DNA of 64,000 bases from Lepidodermella squamata (taxonomy: Eukaryota; Animalia; Gastrotricha): positions 1,364,001 through 1,428,000 of the forward strand of contig JBLDXI010000046.1 in the NCBI GenBank assembly GCA_047495785.1. Direction: 5' to 3'. Below, one piece after another: positions 1 to 11,817 of the stretch. The notes under the pieces were generated by a model. The model had not been told where the DNA came from and made no database searches. It saw only the letters and a list, made by a program, of their open reading frames with translations. Position 1 is the first letter of the stretch, and each line of letters begins with the position of its first letter. The position numbers and the translations under genes are program-made.

Positions 1-1663
1 GCGTTGTCAGAAATGCGATGAAGTCTAATAGATTGATCAAAGCTGTTCGGTAATACGTTGAAACTTCAACAATTCTCCCGTAAATTTCGCATCGCTCGCT
101 GATCATGCGGCATGAGAAAAGTGTCCACACGGTGACAGCGACGGAAACTGCGTTGTGAACTTCGTAGTAGATGATTATGTACATAACTTCAGATGTTTGC
201 GGGATCGAGCCCATTATCGCGGATTGTAGAAAGATAAAAGCGAGAAATACTGTTACGGTGAAGCTAGCCCTATCCGGCATTTCCGCCGGCATGGCGAATA
301 CACTCATTATCAGAATTTCTAACAGAACAGTTGGAGCTATGAACTGGCTGACAAAATAGGCCGAGTTGCGTTTGAAGGCGAATCGAAATTTGATAGAATT
401 ATACATGCTCATGACTTCGACTTGATCTTTGACTGGAATCTCCTGCCAGATATCAACTTCGTTCACTAGTTTCAATCCTTCGAGGCGCAACTGGCTGGAT
501 TTGTCGCTGAAGCTAACTTTGGGGAAACAGTCGTCGTAGCATTCATAGGCATTTATCACGACTTCGCAGGTTTGAATGTCGAAAGGATACCTGTAAAATT
601 AACATAGGAATGATAGGGTAGATAAGATTTAAGGCGGAACTTTACTTGACAAAGGATAGTTTGCAGCCTACATCGTATTTATTCGAATAACTCAGGACAG
701 CAAAGCCTTCCTTCTTCACCAGAACCCTGCCTTCTCTGAAAATCAAAATAAATTATTAAATTATTAAAATATTATAAAAAAATTAAAATTCGTGACGAGG
801 AAAGTTTGACAAAATCCATGTTAAAAAACTAAAACTAATTAAATTTCAGAATTTGAAATTTTTTAAATTTCAAACTTCGAAAATCATAATTTCAAAAATT
901 CTGAAATTTCAACCAGCATTTGGCTGGTTGATCCCTGATTCTCCAGCGAATTTACAGAATTTTTCCAGTTTTACATAATTCTTGATTTTTTGCTGACATT
1001 GGATAGCTGTAGGTTAATTAGGACGCTCATTTGCATAAGCGACGGCATTGTGAGTTCCAACAATATTCACCCTCAAATTTGGGTCAAATTTTGAAGAAAA
1101 TTAATTAGCTATTTTTGTTCGGCAAATCACTTGCAAACCAAATGATATAGTCCTCGATATAGTCAACATTACAAATTATTAATTATTAAGCTAAATTAAT
1201 CAAAATTTTCATTGAACTCTTACTGCTGAAAGGGGGTATAAATGTCTCCCACTCCGTTCCAGATTGCCAAACTAGGTCGCCAGATTCTATGAGTCGAATA
1301 CCAGCATTCCGATATCAGATGCGAATACGTTAAGCTGTCGTTCCACCTGGCACATGGCGGAAGTTGCCATTGAAATTCAAACGTCGCCTGTAAGCTCAAT
1401 TTCTGCTGCAGATCATCGAGAGTTACAAAGTCGAACGGAATCATCGAAACTGTCACTTCAACTTTAGTCGACTCATTCGGAGCCGGGCGGGCTGTGTGGC
1501 TGTTCAAATACGGGCATGTCGTAGCCAGGTTGTTGCAGAACAAGTCGGAAAACGCCTGCTGACCGATCGGGTATGTTCGGCTGTTGTAGAACGGGTCGCC
1601 GATTGTCGAACAGACGACCCATTTGATCATCACAAATCGAATTATTTCAGAAAAAATTCGCAT
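1..1663 (-). CDS. Cys-loop ligand-gated ion channel subunit (divergent, non-alpha), 3' end runs off the window
   Basis: Exons 1663-1224, 735-646 and 590-<1 join in frame at GT-AG sites. Motifs: RP near the N-terminus, IWRPSL, Cys-loop CKLSFVKYPFDIQTC (C-x13-C), pre-M1 FKRNSAYF, M1-M3 (PTVLLEILIMSVFAMP; DRASFTVTVFLAFIFLQ; IPQTS) and the start of M4 (LLDFIAFL). Confidence 0.9.
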
Positions 1664-2034
1664 TTTTAGTAGGTAAATTTCAATAATATTGCCAACGTCA
1701 GATATAATTTGATTAAATAAAATGTCAGGGTTTGTTTGTTTTTAATACAGAAAATTTCTCGAGGGATATGGAACGCGATCGCTTTCCTGCGCCGGAACAA
1801 GGTTATTGTGTTTGTTTTATAATTCATTAAAAATTGGGTAATAAAATCAGCGCCAGGCCTATACAGCAATTTTCAATAAAAAATTGATGAAAACGAAAAA
1901 CGAAATAAAATTGCAATAAAATTGCAGACGTCAGATAATAAATCGATTTTATTGTCAACATGGACTTGGGAAATCAGGATAACGAAAATCCAGATCCAGC
2001 TGAATTTTTTTATTAAGAAATTTTTCTTTTATTG

Positions 2035-2307
2035 CTAGCCGCGATCCTTTCGACGGTCGCAATCTTTCCCTCGTTTGCCAGCTGGTGGGATCGGAATTTT
2101 CGGTTTTTCTGAGGTAGATATCTGAGGCCTCGTTGACGTAATGACTGCCGTAGTCGAGATCATCGTAGTGGTTTTGGCTGTTACTTTATCCGGCCTAGTG
2201 GCATCTTCTAAAGGTGACGGTTGCTTTGTGACGGGCGCCGCTGATATAATTGTGAAGAAAATTAAGCTCCAAAATGAGAAAATGGCGAAATTCAGCGAAA
2301 ATTCCAT
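2035..2307 (-). CDS. Small secreted Thr/Pro-rich protein or peptide precursor (90 aa)
   Basis: Hydrophobic signal-like N-terminus (FAIFSFWSLIFFTIISA-AP), Thr-rich middle, C-terminal GKR and RR basic sites; AATAAA immediately downstream on the minus strand. Confidence 0.55.
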   Translation of the reverse strand: MEFSLNFAIFSFWSLIFFTIISAAPVTKQPSPLEDATRPDKVTAKTTTMISTTAVITSTRPQISTSEKPKIPIPPAGKRGKDCDRRKDRG

Positions 2308-2553
2308 TATTTCGAGAGATAAAATTGGATAAAATTTCGGGCTTTAAATGGCTGTAAAAACGTGATTCAGGGGTTGTGTTCATCAGATGACTCAACTTCA
2401 TACCCACGCATGTTGCTACAACCCCACATCATGCATTTATTCTTGATAAAAAGCCGGAATAAAATTTAAAAAAATTGAGAATCGCATCATTAAAGCAGAA
2501 AATATAATTTCAATTCAACTTTCAGTTGACAACATTAATTCGAGTTAAATTTT

Positions 2554-3146
2554 TTAGAAAATTCGAAGCGGCTGCTTGATAAGCAGGTGTTGAACACGTT
2601 CCATGTCGCATTTTTGCGCCGAATAGCCTCGATAGCCTTGCAAATTTTTCTGATTAGCCGTGATGTCGCCGTGAAATTTTTTCAACTGCGACTTGAACCC
2701 AGAGTTCGGCGAGGCGATTTGCCGCGATCTTTTAATTGCCTTCAAACACTCGGAGGGTGAAAGACCTGTTATCGCTATCAGATAAGCAGCGACCAGGCTA
2801 ACACTCCTCGAAATTCCATATTGGCTGAAAAAATGAGAAAAATATTAAACAAAAATTTTTTAAAGTAGAATTAAATCAACCAATGAACTAGGACGCATTC
2901 GTTTTTGAGCCTCGCCATGTGGATAAATTGAACAACATCCGGGAAGTATTGCATTAAATTCGAACTCGGCAAGTCGTACAGCGCGATGTCGTAGTAGTTG
3001 ATGTCGCGGAATCGAATTTTCGTATCTTGTTCATCGAGAACCGAAACGATGTGTTTGACATTCAACGTTAACAACTGGCTTGGATCTTGCGCAGCATACG
3101 CGTTGCTCAGGTAGAGATTGTCTAAAATTTTAGAAACTGGCTCCAT
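2554..3146 (-). CDS. Atypical dual-specificity phosphatase (DUSP22/DUSP15-like), paralog A
   Basis: Exons 3146-2881 and 2824-2554. Spliced active site VLVHCQYGISRS, general acid in LYDLP, AYL and PNSGFKSQL motifs. Confidence 0.92.
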
Positions 3147-3664
3147 TTTATAAATTGTCTGTGATGCAAATCCGCTTTTGCCAGGGCGAATTTATACGAC
3201 AAACGGTGAGCGCGATAAAAATTGTCTCGCATTAACCGGCTAAAAATAGTTGAAATTTTAATGACTATATAACCTGATTCTTTTCTGCCAAGAAAAAAAG
3301 CTTTTGACGAAAATACGCAGTTCGTACTTTTAGAATGCAAGTTCGTCCAGGTACGTGTGATGACGTGGGCAAAAAATCGGTGTTTTATATAATATGATAC
3401 CTGTGTGTAGAGGACGAAAAAAATCGGCGACGCAGCAGTTTGATCCATTAATGATAAAAGAAAAAACACGTGCTCATTATGCAAGCGTGTTAAATATAAC
3501 ACGCCATCGATACGCATTAATGACAGCCTATAATATAAATGTATGCAAAGAAATGTCCGGTAAATAAAGTTGCGCAGTTTTATTTTTATAGAAAAAATCT
3601 ATATATCAGCGACTAATTATCATATTTTCAAGCACGTGAAATTCTAAAATATAACACGAAGCGG

Positions 3665-4649
3665 CTATTTCGGTCCGGCGAAAGCTGGAAAATAGGAGAA
3701 ACGTGAGATAATATAAACAGGCGGTAAATAACGAAATTAAACTCACGTTTAGCTGATACTGGCATCAAGCGTTCCAACATTTTTAAATCTTCACCCCGAT
3801 TCGGGTAGTTGATATATTTCGCTATAGAGGAGTCGCTTTTACCCGCTTGCTGAAAAATAAAAAAGAAATCATTATATTATCGATTAAATTTTAAAATTTG
3901 AAATTTGTAATTAAAATTTTAAAATTCCGTGGTTCAATCAAAAAAATTATAAATTAATTATAAATTTTTTAAATTTGAATATTCAGATATGTAATTATAA
4001 AAAATGTAATATTTTAATATTTAAATCTATTTATTTAAATAAAAATAAAAAATTTAATATTTTACCCTGATCGATTTTTCATAGGCTTGTAGTTGAGTTC
4101 GGAAGCCGAAATTCGGGTTGGCGATGCGTCGCACGGTTTGAACACCGTTTAGACACCGTTGCCATGGCAACCGAGAAATAGTAATCAAATACGCAACTGT
4201 GATCGTCACGCTACGAGACACGCCTTGAGCACTAAACATGGGATTTAAATTTTAATTAGGCTGATTTTTTTGGCTCATACCAATGAACTAGAACTCCGTG
4301 GCCGTTTTGCCTCGCCTGGTGAATAAATTCCACCGCGGCTGGGAAGTGCTTTGAAATATTGCTTGTTGGACTGTCCGGCAATTTAATCATAAAATATTCG
4401 AGATCCTAATATAAGAAATATCTTGGCTAAATATATTTGGCTTCGTCTCGGTTATTTTACCTTGAAATGGCGGCGACATTGGTCTAAAATCGTCACGATA
4501 TGAGTTATACCGGCGCTGTTGAGGAGAGGCCGATTTATTGAGCTGAGATAGTCGCCCAAATACAGCTTGTCGATTATCTAGAAAAAGCCGGAAAACTTAT
4601 TTTGCCTGAAAACAAGAGGCACAGATATTCAAACCTTTGTCATGGACAT
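3665..4649 (-). CDS. Atypical dual-specificity phosphatase (DUSP22/DUSP15-like), paralog B
   Basis: About 6 exons: MSMTK | IIDKLYLGD...HFK | DLEYFMIKLPDSP...VLVHC | AQGVSRS...PNFGFRTQL...; the last exons are inferred. Confidence 0.88.
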
Positions 4650-6262
4650 TTTGATGTATTGTCTCGCGGCGATTTATAAACTGGGTCAAAATTCGGATCT
4701 AAATTTAAAATGTTTAAAGCACCTGCAAATGAAAGCTAGGAAAGTAGAACGGTGCCTTGAATAGCGGCACTGGTGAATTATTTTTGAAAAATGATGGCTA
4801 TTATACGCGTCCGCCTTACTATAAAAAGTTGGCAGAAAAATAGCAGTTATAAATCGCCTCTCTTAGCAAGTACCTATAGTGGCGCCAACATGCATTCAGC
4901 AGTAGCCGACCGGCGGTTGCTGCTTTCTACCTTCATAGCGCGCCTTACATGCATGCAGTTGTTGCCTGAGAACGGGTTAAATATTATTATATTATGCGAT
5001 TATTAAGTATATAGTTGCATTATTTATTCAATATTATCGAGTGCATAGGTATAGCTACTGGTGTATACCTTTCGCGCGTTTTTTACGTGTGAGGGACGAG
5101 CGCGCGCAACAAAATAAGGGCGGCTATCGATACATTTATTTTATTGATATGAAAAATGGCATCATTTCAACTAGTTTTTCATTGTCGAAGCATGAATCAG
5201 CAGCAACAAAACCGAAGCCTCGAGTCTAAACAAATAAAAATTCCTCAAAAAATCCGCGTTCCCGCGGATCGCCCTAGTAACTTTTTCCAATACTCACAAG
5301 CAGTTTCGGCGCGTCATAGCAGCTAGGCTATATAATATCTGAGAGGGGCTTCAAATTCTTGGAAACAAGGCTAAAATAAACTCGGGCTATACGTATCTCA
5401 TATAGGCTATTTCTGCTAATGATTTTTTTATAGAATTGCGTTGCGCAGTTTAATCGGGGTCATAGATGATTGAATTCAATCGTAAAGTCATCCATCCGTG
5501 GTTCCATCAGTTTTATTGCTCAGTTTTTGCTTATAGTCTCTTATAGATTACGCCCAGTTTCAACAGCATCATGGAAATTCTACGCGAAAGCAGCGGAATT
5601 TGAAGTTTTGTTCAAGTTAAAATCCACCCTAAAACGCCTGCTCTTGGGTCAATGTGCGAGGTTCCAGGTTCCAGGTTATAAAGCGAAGTTCAAAAAATCA
5701 ATTGACAAAAATAGCGATCAATTCTATTGCCATATTCGTTCCAATAGTAGCCGAGGGTTGAGGATTCAAGCCGGTTCGAAACCATCGGACAATGAACGAT
5801 TCAACACAAATTAATACCTAATCGAATTTTTCGAAATTTCGAGGCTTTGAAATTTTAGTAGCCCGGCTTGTTATAGGTTCAAATTGATCGGGGCTAGATT
5901 AAGTAGAATCCCATAGTTATAATTGCAGCTCGCTCCCCCATGAGATCCCGAAATTTATTCTATCGGCTGGCACAATTCGGCTCGGGACTTCAATAATTAT
6001 TCCGCTCTAGAAATTACACTCGTCTGAGGACAATATATCTTGAAACCTGAATCGAGGAGAACGAATAAATAATATTGCCGATAATTTATTGTGTTTTATT
6101 CTCAGCGGTCGTTGCGTATTGACGTCACGTCTCAATCGAACTCGAAAAAAACTGAGATGCGTGACTCGCCGTTTTCTTGAATAACAAATAATATTCATTA
6201 ACATAAAAACTGAGACATTTTTTTCGATCACAACAATATGGTGAAAAAGGACATTTCATATT

Positions 6263-7061
6263 TCATGTCATCAATATTGGGTCTTCTAAATCGGGTCGCA
6301 GAAAATAGCTTTTTATAGACGGCCAAATATCCTCGATTTCCTCTGACGGCGATTCTCTAAAAAAATTAATTAATTAATTTTTTTAATTATTTTATTTTTA
6401 ATTTACCGCTTCAATTTTTTCGATTTAAGTTTCAAGCTATTGGTTTCTCTGGGTTTCCAAAAAAAATAAAAGCATTGAAAAATTTGAGAAATATGAAATT
6501 TACCTGTCAGCCTGAACCTTGAGTTGAACAAAAGTTCGCATATCCGCGATGTGGTCGTTGTAAATTCGCATTTTGAAGTAATCATTTCGGTGAATTTGAT
6601 AAAATTCATCGAGCTGCCGCCTGAAGCCGACATTCGGCGATGCAACCTCTCGAGCATTCCGAATGGCCCTTAGAACATCGACAGCTGGATTTGCAGTAAT
6701 AGCGATGAGGTAAGCAGCTACCAACGTGACGCTCCTCGAAATTCCGAAAGCACTAAAAATAGCAATTAAAAGGTTGGATAAAGCCGGTTCGATTCAATAA
6801 TTACCAATGGACTAGAACAGCTTCATTTTCCAACCTTGCCTTGTGAATGAATCTGATGACTTTGTCGAAATGTCGCGAAATGTTAGCACTCGGGTGATCG
6901 ACCAAGTCTAGATTCAGGTATTCGATATTTTCGAAGCGCTGCCTTTCGTAATGGCTATCAAGTATGCACACGATGTGCTTGATTTGTATTTCGTGCAAAT
7001 ATTCCTCGTTACACGCATCGTTGTAGCTTCCAAGGTACAAATTTTTCAAAATTAGCGACAT
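6263..7061 (-). CDS. Atypical dual-specificity phosphatase (DUSP22/DUSP15-like), paralog C
   Basis: Spliced VLVHCAFGISRS, AYL and PNVGFRRQL; two short 3' exons inferred, ending at TGA 6263-6265. Confidence 0.9.
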
Positions 7062-7644
7062 TTTTCTACAAAAAAATCAGGGATTTTGTAAGAAAAAAAA
7101 TGTAACAAATAATGACACTCCAGCTTAATTGTATTTTGGTACCTCTCCAGAGGCTTATCATCGCCATATTTAGATTGCATTCATCGTGTTAAATTAGGGG
7201 TAAAATGCTATCTCGAGAGCGTCACCTCGCTACTGCTGATAAAATCCGAGTTTTAGGCATTTGGCAAAAAATGCCGGCATTAGTGTATGTAGCACTATTG
7301 TGTTTGTAGTAAATATTTAATTGTACATAACCATGCCGCTGCTGCTGTAATACTTTTCTCATTCGTGAATAATAATAATAATAATAATGAAAAATTTGCT
7401 TAGCATGCGTGACGGCTACTTTTGACAAGGCTCCTTTTCTAATATTGCGTGCCGCTCATAGTCGATTGTTTTAATACCTGGCGCGATGACTCATTGCCTA
7501 GTTTTTTTATGCAAATTAATTAAAAATTTAAATTAAAAATTGGAAATTTTTAAATTTCATTTTATATTCGCAATTTCAAAATAAAATCAGAAAAAATGGA
7601 AAAGGTGCTAATAAGACAGGACAAGTAAGACCAGGACATAGAAA

Positions 7645-7690
7645 CTAACCCTAACCCTAACCCTAACCCTAACCCTAATCCTAACCCCAA
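7645..7690. repeat. Interstitial telomere-like (CCCTAA)n tract
   Basis: About 7 tandem CTAACC units with minor variants. Confidence 0.9.
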
Positions 7691-7895
7691 TTTTTTGTTT
7701 ACTTTTTATTTTTCCCGTACTATATTTCATTGTCTTGATTGTCAATTCCCATAATTCCCACGTTTTTATCGTTCGGTGTTGCAGAGGTTATTGTCCAAGG
7801 TTACACTGCGTTTCGTCATAAAGTCCATCGTAATTAATTTATTTTATTTTAATTTTTATTGATTGAGGAAATTATAATTAGTTAGCCACGCCTCA

Positions 7896-8864
7896 TTATA
7901 CAGCCTCAACAGGACATAGGGCTATACTGCTCTGATTGCTAAGCGACCCTGGTTTTTTCCATTTCACAACCACAGAAGGGTCAAGTTGTTGGCTGAGTCG
8001 TGCTGCAACTAAATCACGCCGGCTATAAACCGTTAACAAATTATCATTATGGGGGATTTGTTCGAAAAGTGGCGACATATCCGAGTCGATAGTAGTTGCT
8101 GGCTGAGGCGGCGGCGAGTCGGGGTTGCCGTAGCGCAGCTCGACCTGCGTCGTGCTCGCCGAGCGTGACCGTGACCGGCGCCGAACTAATGTCACGAGGC
8201 GATGGCCGCATTTCACGAAGATAACGATACAGGCGACAAAGGCGAGCATTAACACGGCTCCAATTAGCACACCGCCGCCGACGAGATGGTCACGCAAATT
8301 CCAGATTTGACACGCCTCGCCGATCGCAGCTATTTTACTTCGAAGCTTTGAAAAAATCGAAAAAATAAGGATTAGTTAAAATTTTAAACAGCATACCTTG
8401 AATATTTGAACAGCTCTAATATTGTCCGGAAATTCTTCGTCGCAAACTTCAAAAGATCTCGTGTTCCAACAATTTAGAATATCTTCTGTTGAACTAAAAA
8501 TCGAAAATATTTCGTGAAAATTGAGAATTTTACAAAAATTTACCGGCACATGACGGAGATTTCCTGAACTACTTGCAGGAGGCCTGAAAGACTGTAGGAA
8601 GCACTTGTGTTGTGGAGAAATCGATTTATCGTTTGTTGGACCTCGATGGCGCCCTGCGGGCTTGGGCATGGCTTGAAAACGTCGAAATCACAATCGAAAG
8701 CTAGGGTCAAATCCGGTGGCCACATGCTTAAAGTTTCGAAAATATTGCTTGGTTTTTTGGCACTGATGATGCACGGTGCGTACAAAATCTGGACGGGAAA
8801 TAGAATTGACCCAAAACTTGATTTTAGGCACTTGCTGCGGAAATAGAATCACAGTAGCAAGCAT
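7896..8864 (-). CDS. Orphan single-pass (type I-like) membrane protein with Cys-containing ectodomain
   Basis: About 4 exons join in frame (...SVMCR | SSTEDILNCW...IFK | LRSKIAAIGEAC...); TM segment GVLIGAVLMLAFVACIVIFV followed by a basic stop-transfer stretch. The start codon is uncertain. Confidence 0.65.
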
Positions 8865-9220
8865 TAAACCTGCTCATACATGATGCTCCGGTTATGTGAT
8901 GCGTGTGAAAAAATCAATTGGTGTGTTCAGCGGACTATAAATTAACAGACATGCACTAGCCTTTTTCGGACACCCTTAGTGCGCAGCGCACTTCGGTGTG
9001 GCGAAATTATGATATACAACGCATAATTCTATTCACCGCTGTATTTATCAGGTCAACTTTATAGCCATTAAAATCCCAAGGGCTGCCACCAGTGCGATCA
9101 ACTCCGCACCATAAACAAATCTCAATAAACATTTACGTATGGTTGCCGGCTTTTTCCAGTTCGGAGAACGAAATCGACTACAACATAAAATGTCCCCATA
9201 TGAATATCATTCAAGACTCA

Positions 9221-10030
9221 TCATGAACACGGAACCCGGATATCCTGGGAGTTAAGATGGTACATTTTCGAGTGATTGCACGTATTCGTCGATAAAACGG
9301 ACACTAGCAGCCTAAAATTCGAAGTTTGTTTTTGAGAATTTGAATGATGTTTTCATTGGTGAGGTAGTCTTTGCCAGCCGAATCCACTGAGTGCAAGATT
9401 TCCTTTTCCCGAAAGATCGGTATCAATTCAGAGGAGTAGTTGCGATATTCTTCCAGCCTGTTCGAAAAATGTCAAATTTTCTCGCTAAATCAATGGCAGT
9501 TTCAACCTTTTTCGAAGCTTCGCTGGGGTATCTTCATCGGGCCGTCCTCTTGCGATGCATCGGGCCATGCAAACATCATCAGGGCACTTCAACACTATCA
9601 CAGCGGTTAGTTGAATTTTGCCGACCATAGCTTCCTCCCAAGCTTCCAGTTTTTCTCTACTTCTTGGGTAGCCGTCGATCAGCACCAAAGGAATCTTTGT
9701 TGTAGCGAGGACCTTCGCAACTTCTGCCTCAAGGATTGAAGTCATGAGATCTGCTGGCATAACGCCATTTCCTGTTCGAAGCTCCTGTAGGGTCTTGCTA
9801 TGAAACGGAGATGAAGGGTCGCTCTTAACCCTTCGAACAAGTTCTCCGGCAGAAATATGACCGCATCCGATTTCCTGTGTCACAGTAATTCATTTTATAT
9901 AAACGATTTGAAATTAAAAACGAACCTTAACGAGAAGAGAACATTGCCTGTGTTTTCCTGAACCTGGCGGGCCTAAAACGAAAATTACTTTTGGTAGTTG
10001 CGGCTCCATCGAAATGAGAATGCGAAGCAT
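9221..10030 (-). CDS. Divergent UMP-CMP kinase / adenylate kinase family protein
   Basis: Exon 1 encodes PKVIFVLGPPGSGKHRQC; exon 2 encodes HISAGELVR, LIDGYPRS and RGRPDED. TATA-like element at ~10069-10076. The 3' end is uncertain. Confidence 0.85.
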
Positions 10031-10289
10031 CTGCTAGCTTCATCGATGATAAGCCGGCAGAAAATCCATATATAAGGTGACTCATACATGAATTATTAAG
10101 CCAATCGATTCTCATTCAGGTCTCCTGTAATGCGATGAATCATTCTGTGAGCTGGTTCCCCCTAGGGTGTGGGTGTCTAACAGTAGCTCATAGGTTATCA
10201 AGCCGGCTTGATAAAAAAATGAGCGAAGATAACGTCCGTGCCGTGGTAGGTTAAATAGGTTTCCATCTCTTAATTTTTGACATAAAACA

Positions 10290-11501
10290 ATGACCATGTT
10301 TGTTGCCTATTTGATCACAGCCTTCTTACTAGCCGTTTCCAGCGCAGATTGGACCGGCTTCGGTGGAAGCTCCGATGAGCACACCGGCTACGTCGCCACA
10401 AGCCTGGGAACAAATTTCACCCTATCCAGCAAATGGAGCATAAAAACATCGGACAACGGCGCGTTCACAGGGTTCGCCTTTAAGAACAACACGCTGTTCA
10501 CAACAACGACCGGCGGCAATTTCTACGCCATCAGCGCTGACATGGGTACACCACTTAACAACTTGTACTACACTAACGTGCAACAAATGCAGCCGGTGAT
10601 CATCGCTGCGGATGGCAACGGGTATTTCGCCTACGTCAACTTCAACAACGAATCAAGTACCATTGTTTCAATCGATGGTGACATGCGGGCTGAGAAATGG
10701 CGGGAACTCGCCGAATGGTATGGCGGAAACTTCCCTTACGGCGCTGCAACTGGCAATGCTACCAGCAAACTGGTGTATTTCTGTGGCGGTAACCGAAACG
10801 GAGAAATCCTGCTCTACAACACGACTGGGGAGCTTTGGAAGGATACCACGATTTCGGAGCAGGGTGGCGCGAACTACTGGGGAATGACCAACTGGAAGGG
10901 CAATGTCTTCTTCTCGCAGAGTGTTGGATTCTCGGCCAGGCCGTTGATTGGGCTCATGGACGGCGCGACTGGTAAAGTCGTCTGGACCTTCGTCCTACCA
11001 AGCACTAGCACCCTTCAAATCGCGAACTGGGTGCCGATTGTCGGCCATATCGACAATTCCGATATTTTAGCCGCGATTGCCACGCACAGCCACTACGTTC
11101 AGATTGCTGCTTTTGACATAAGTGATAATGTCAACGCCCCACCTACAAAGCCGAAGTGGATCTCGAAAATTCCCTGTTTGTGGTCACATAAGGATGACAC
11201 AACTCCGGCTGTAGACGGCAGTCACTTCTACCTCACTTGCGATGACGGCGTTCGCTCTTACGGAATGAAGAACGGTTTACCAGACAAGACTTTCAAATGC
11301 AAAAATTGCTTCGGCCAGCCGATAGTCACCGATGATGCTGTGTTCGTTATGTCGAAAACTGGTGTGATTGCGTTTGATAAATCAAGCGGCAAGGTTATCA
11401 CGCAAACGAGTGAGCATGTCAATCTGATAGCTCTGCAAAACCAAATGTTGTTTGGTACTAATGGTTCGAATATACTTGCCTACAACATCGTGAAGAACTA
11501 A
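10290..11501 (+). CDS. Secreted PQQ-like (BamB-type) beta-propeller protein, intronless
   Basis: 403-aa single ORF with a signal peptide. N-terminal DWTGFGG..EHTG and blade motifs YAISADMG, DGATGKVVW and AFDKSSGKV. TTAAATAG ~35 nt upstream and AATAAA at ~11540. Confidence 0.75.
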   Translation: MTMFVAYLITAFLLAVSSADWTGFGGSSDEHTGYVATSLGTNFTLSSKWSIKTSDNGAFTGFAFKNNTLFTTTTGGNFYAISADMGTPLNNLYYTNVQQMQPVIIAADGNGYFAYVNFNNESSTIVSIDGDMRAEKWRELAEWYGGNFPYGAATGNATSKLVYFCGGNRNGEILLYNTTGELWKDTTISEQGGANYWGMTNWKGNVFFSQSVGFSARPLIGLMDGATGKVVWTFVLPSTSTLQIANWVPIVGHIDNSDILAAIATHSHYVQIAAFDISDNVNAPPTKPKWISKIPCLWSHKDDTTPAVDGSHFYLTCDDGVRSYGMKNGLPDKTFKCKNCFGQPIVTDDAVFVMSKTGVIAFDKSSGKVITQTSEHVNLIALQNQMLFGTNGSNILAYNIVKN

Positions 11502-11817
11502 AACTGGCTTATTGAAGATCGCACCGCTACGGACAGTCTAATAAAACATCAGTGATCATAATTCTGGGTCCAATTTTTTCCATGGTAAATTTTGAAATAA
11601 AGAGATGAGAAGGCGATTCAGAGAAACAAGGTTAGCAAACTCAACGAAAAGGCTCGAATGAAATTTATTTCATTGATAATGATTGATAATATATCCAGGA
11701 CGGCCTTTACAATGATATGTGGAGCCCACTGCCACAAATGAACATGGCCTTGATGTAAGCTTCTTGACCAATTCGCTACTGATATGAGATAGGCCGATAT
11801 GATAGATGGTATTACGA

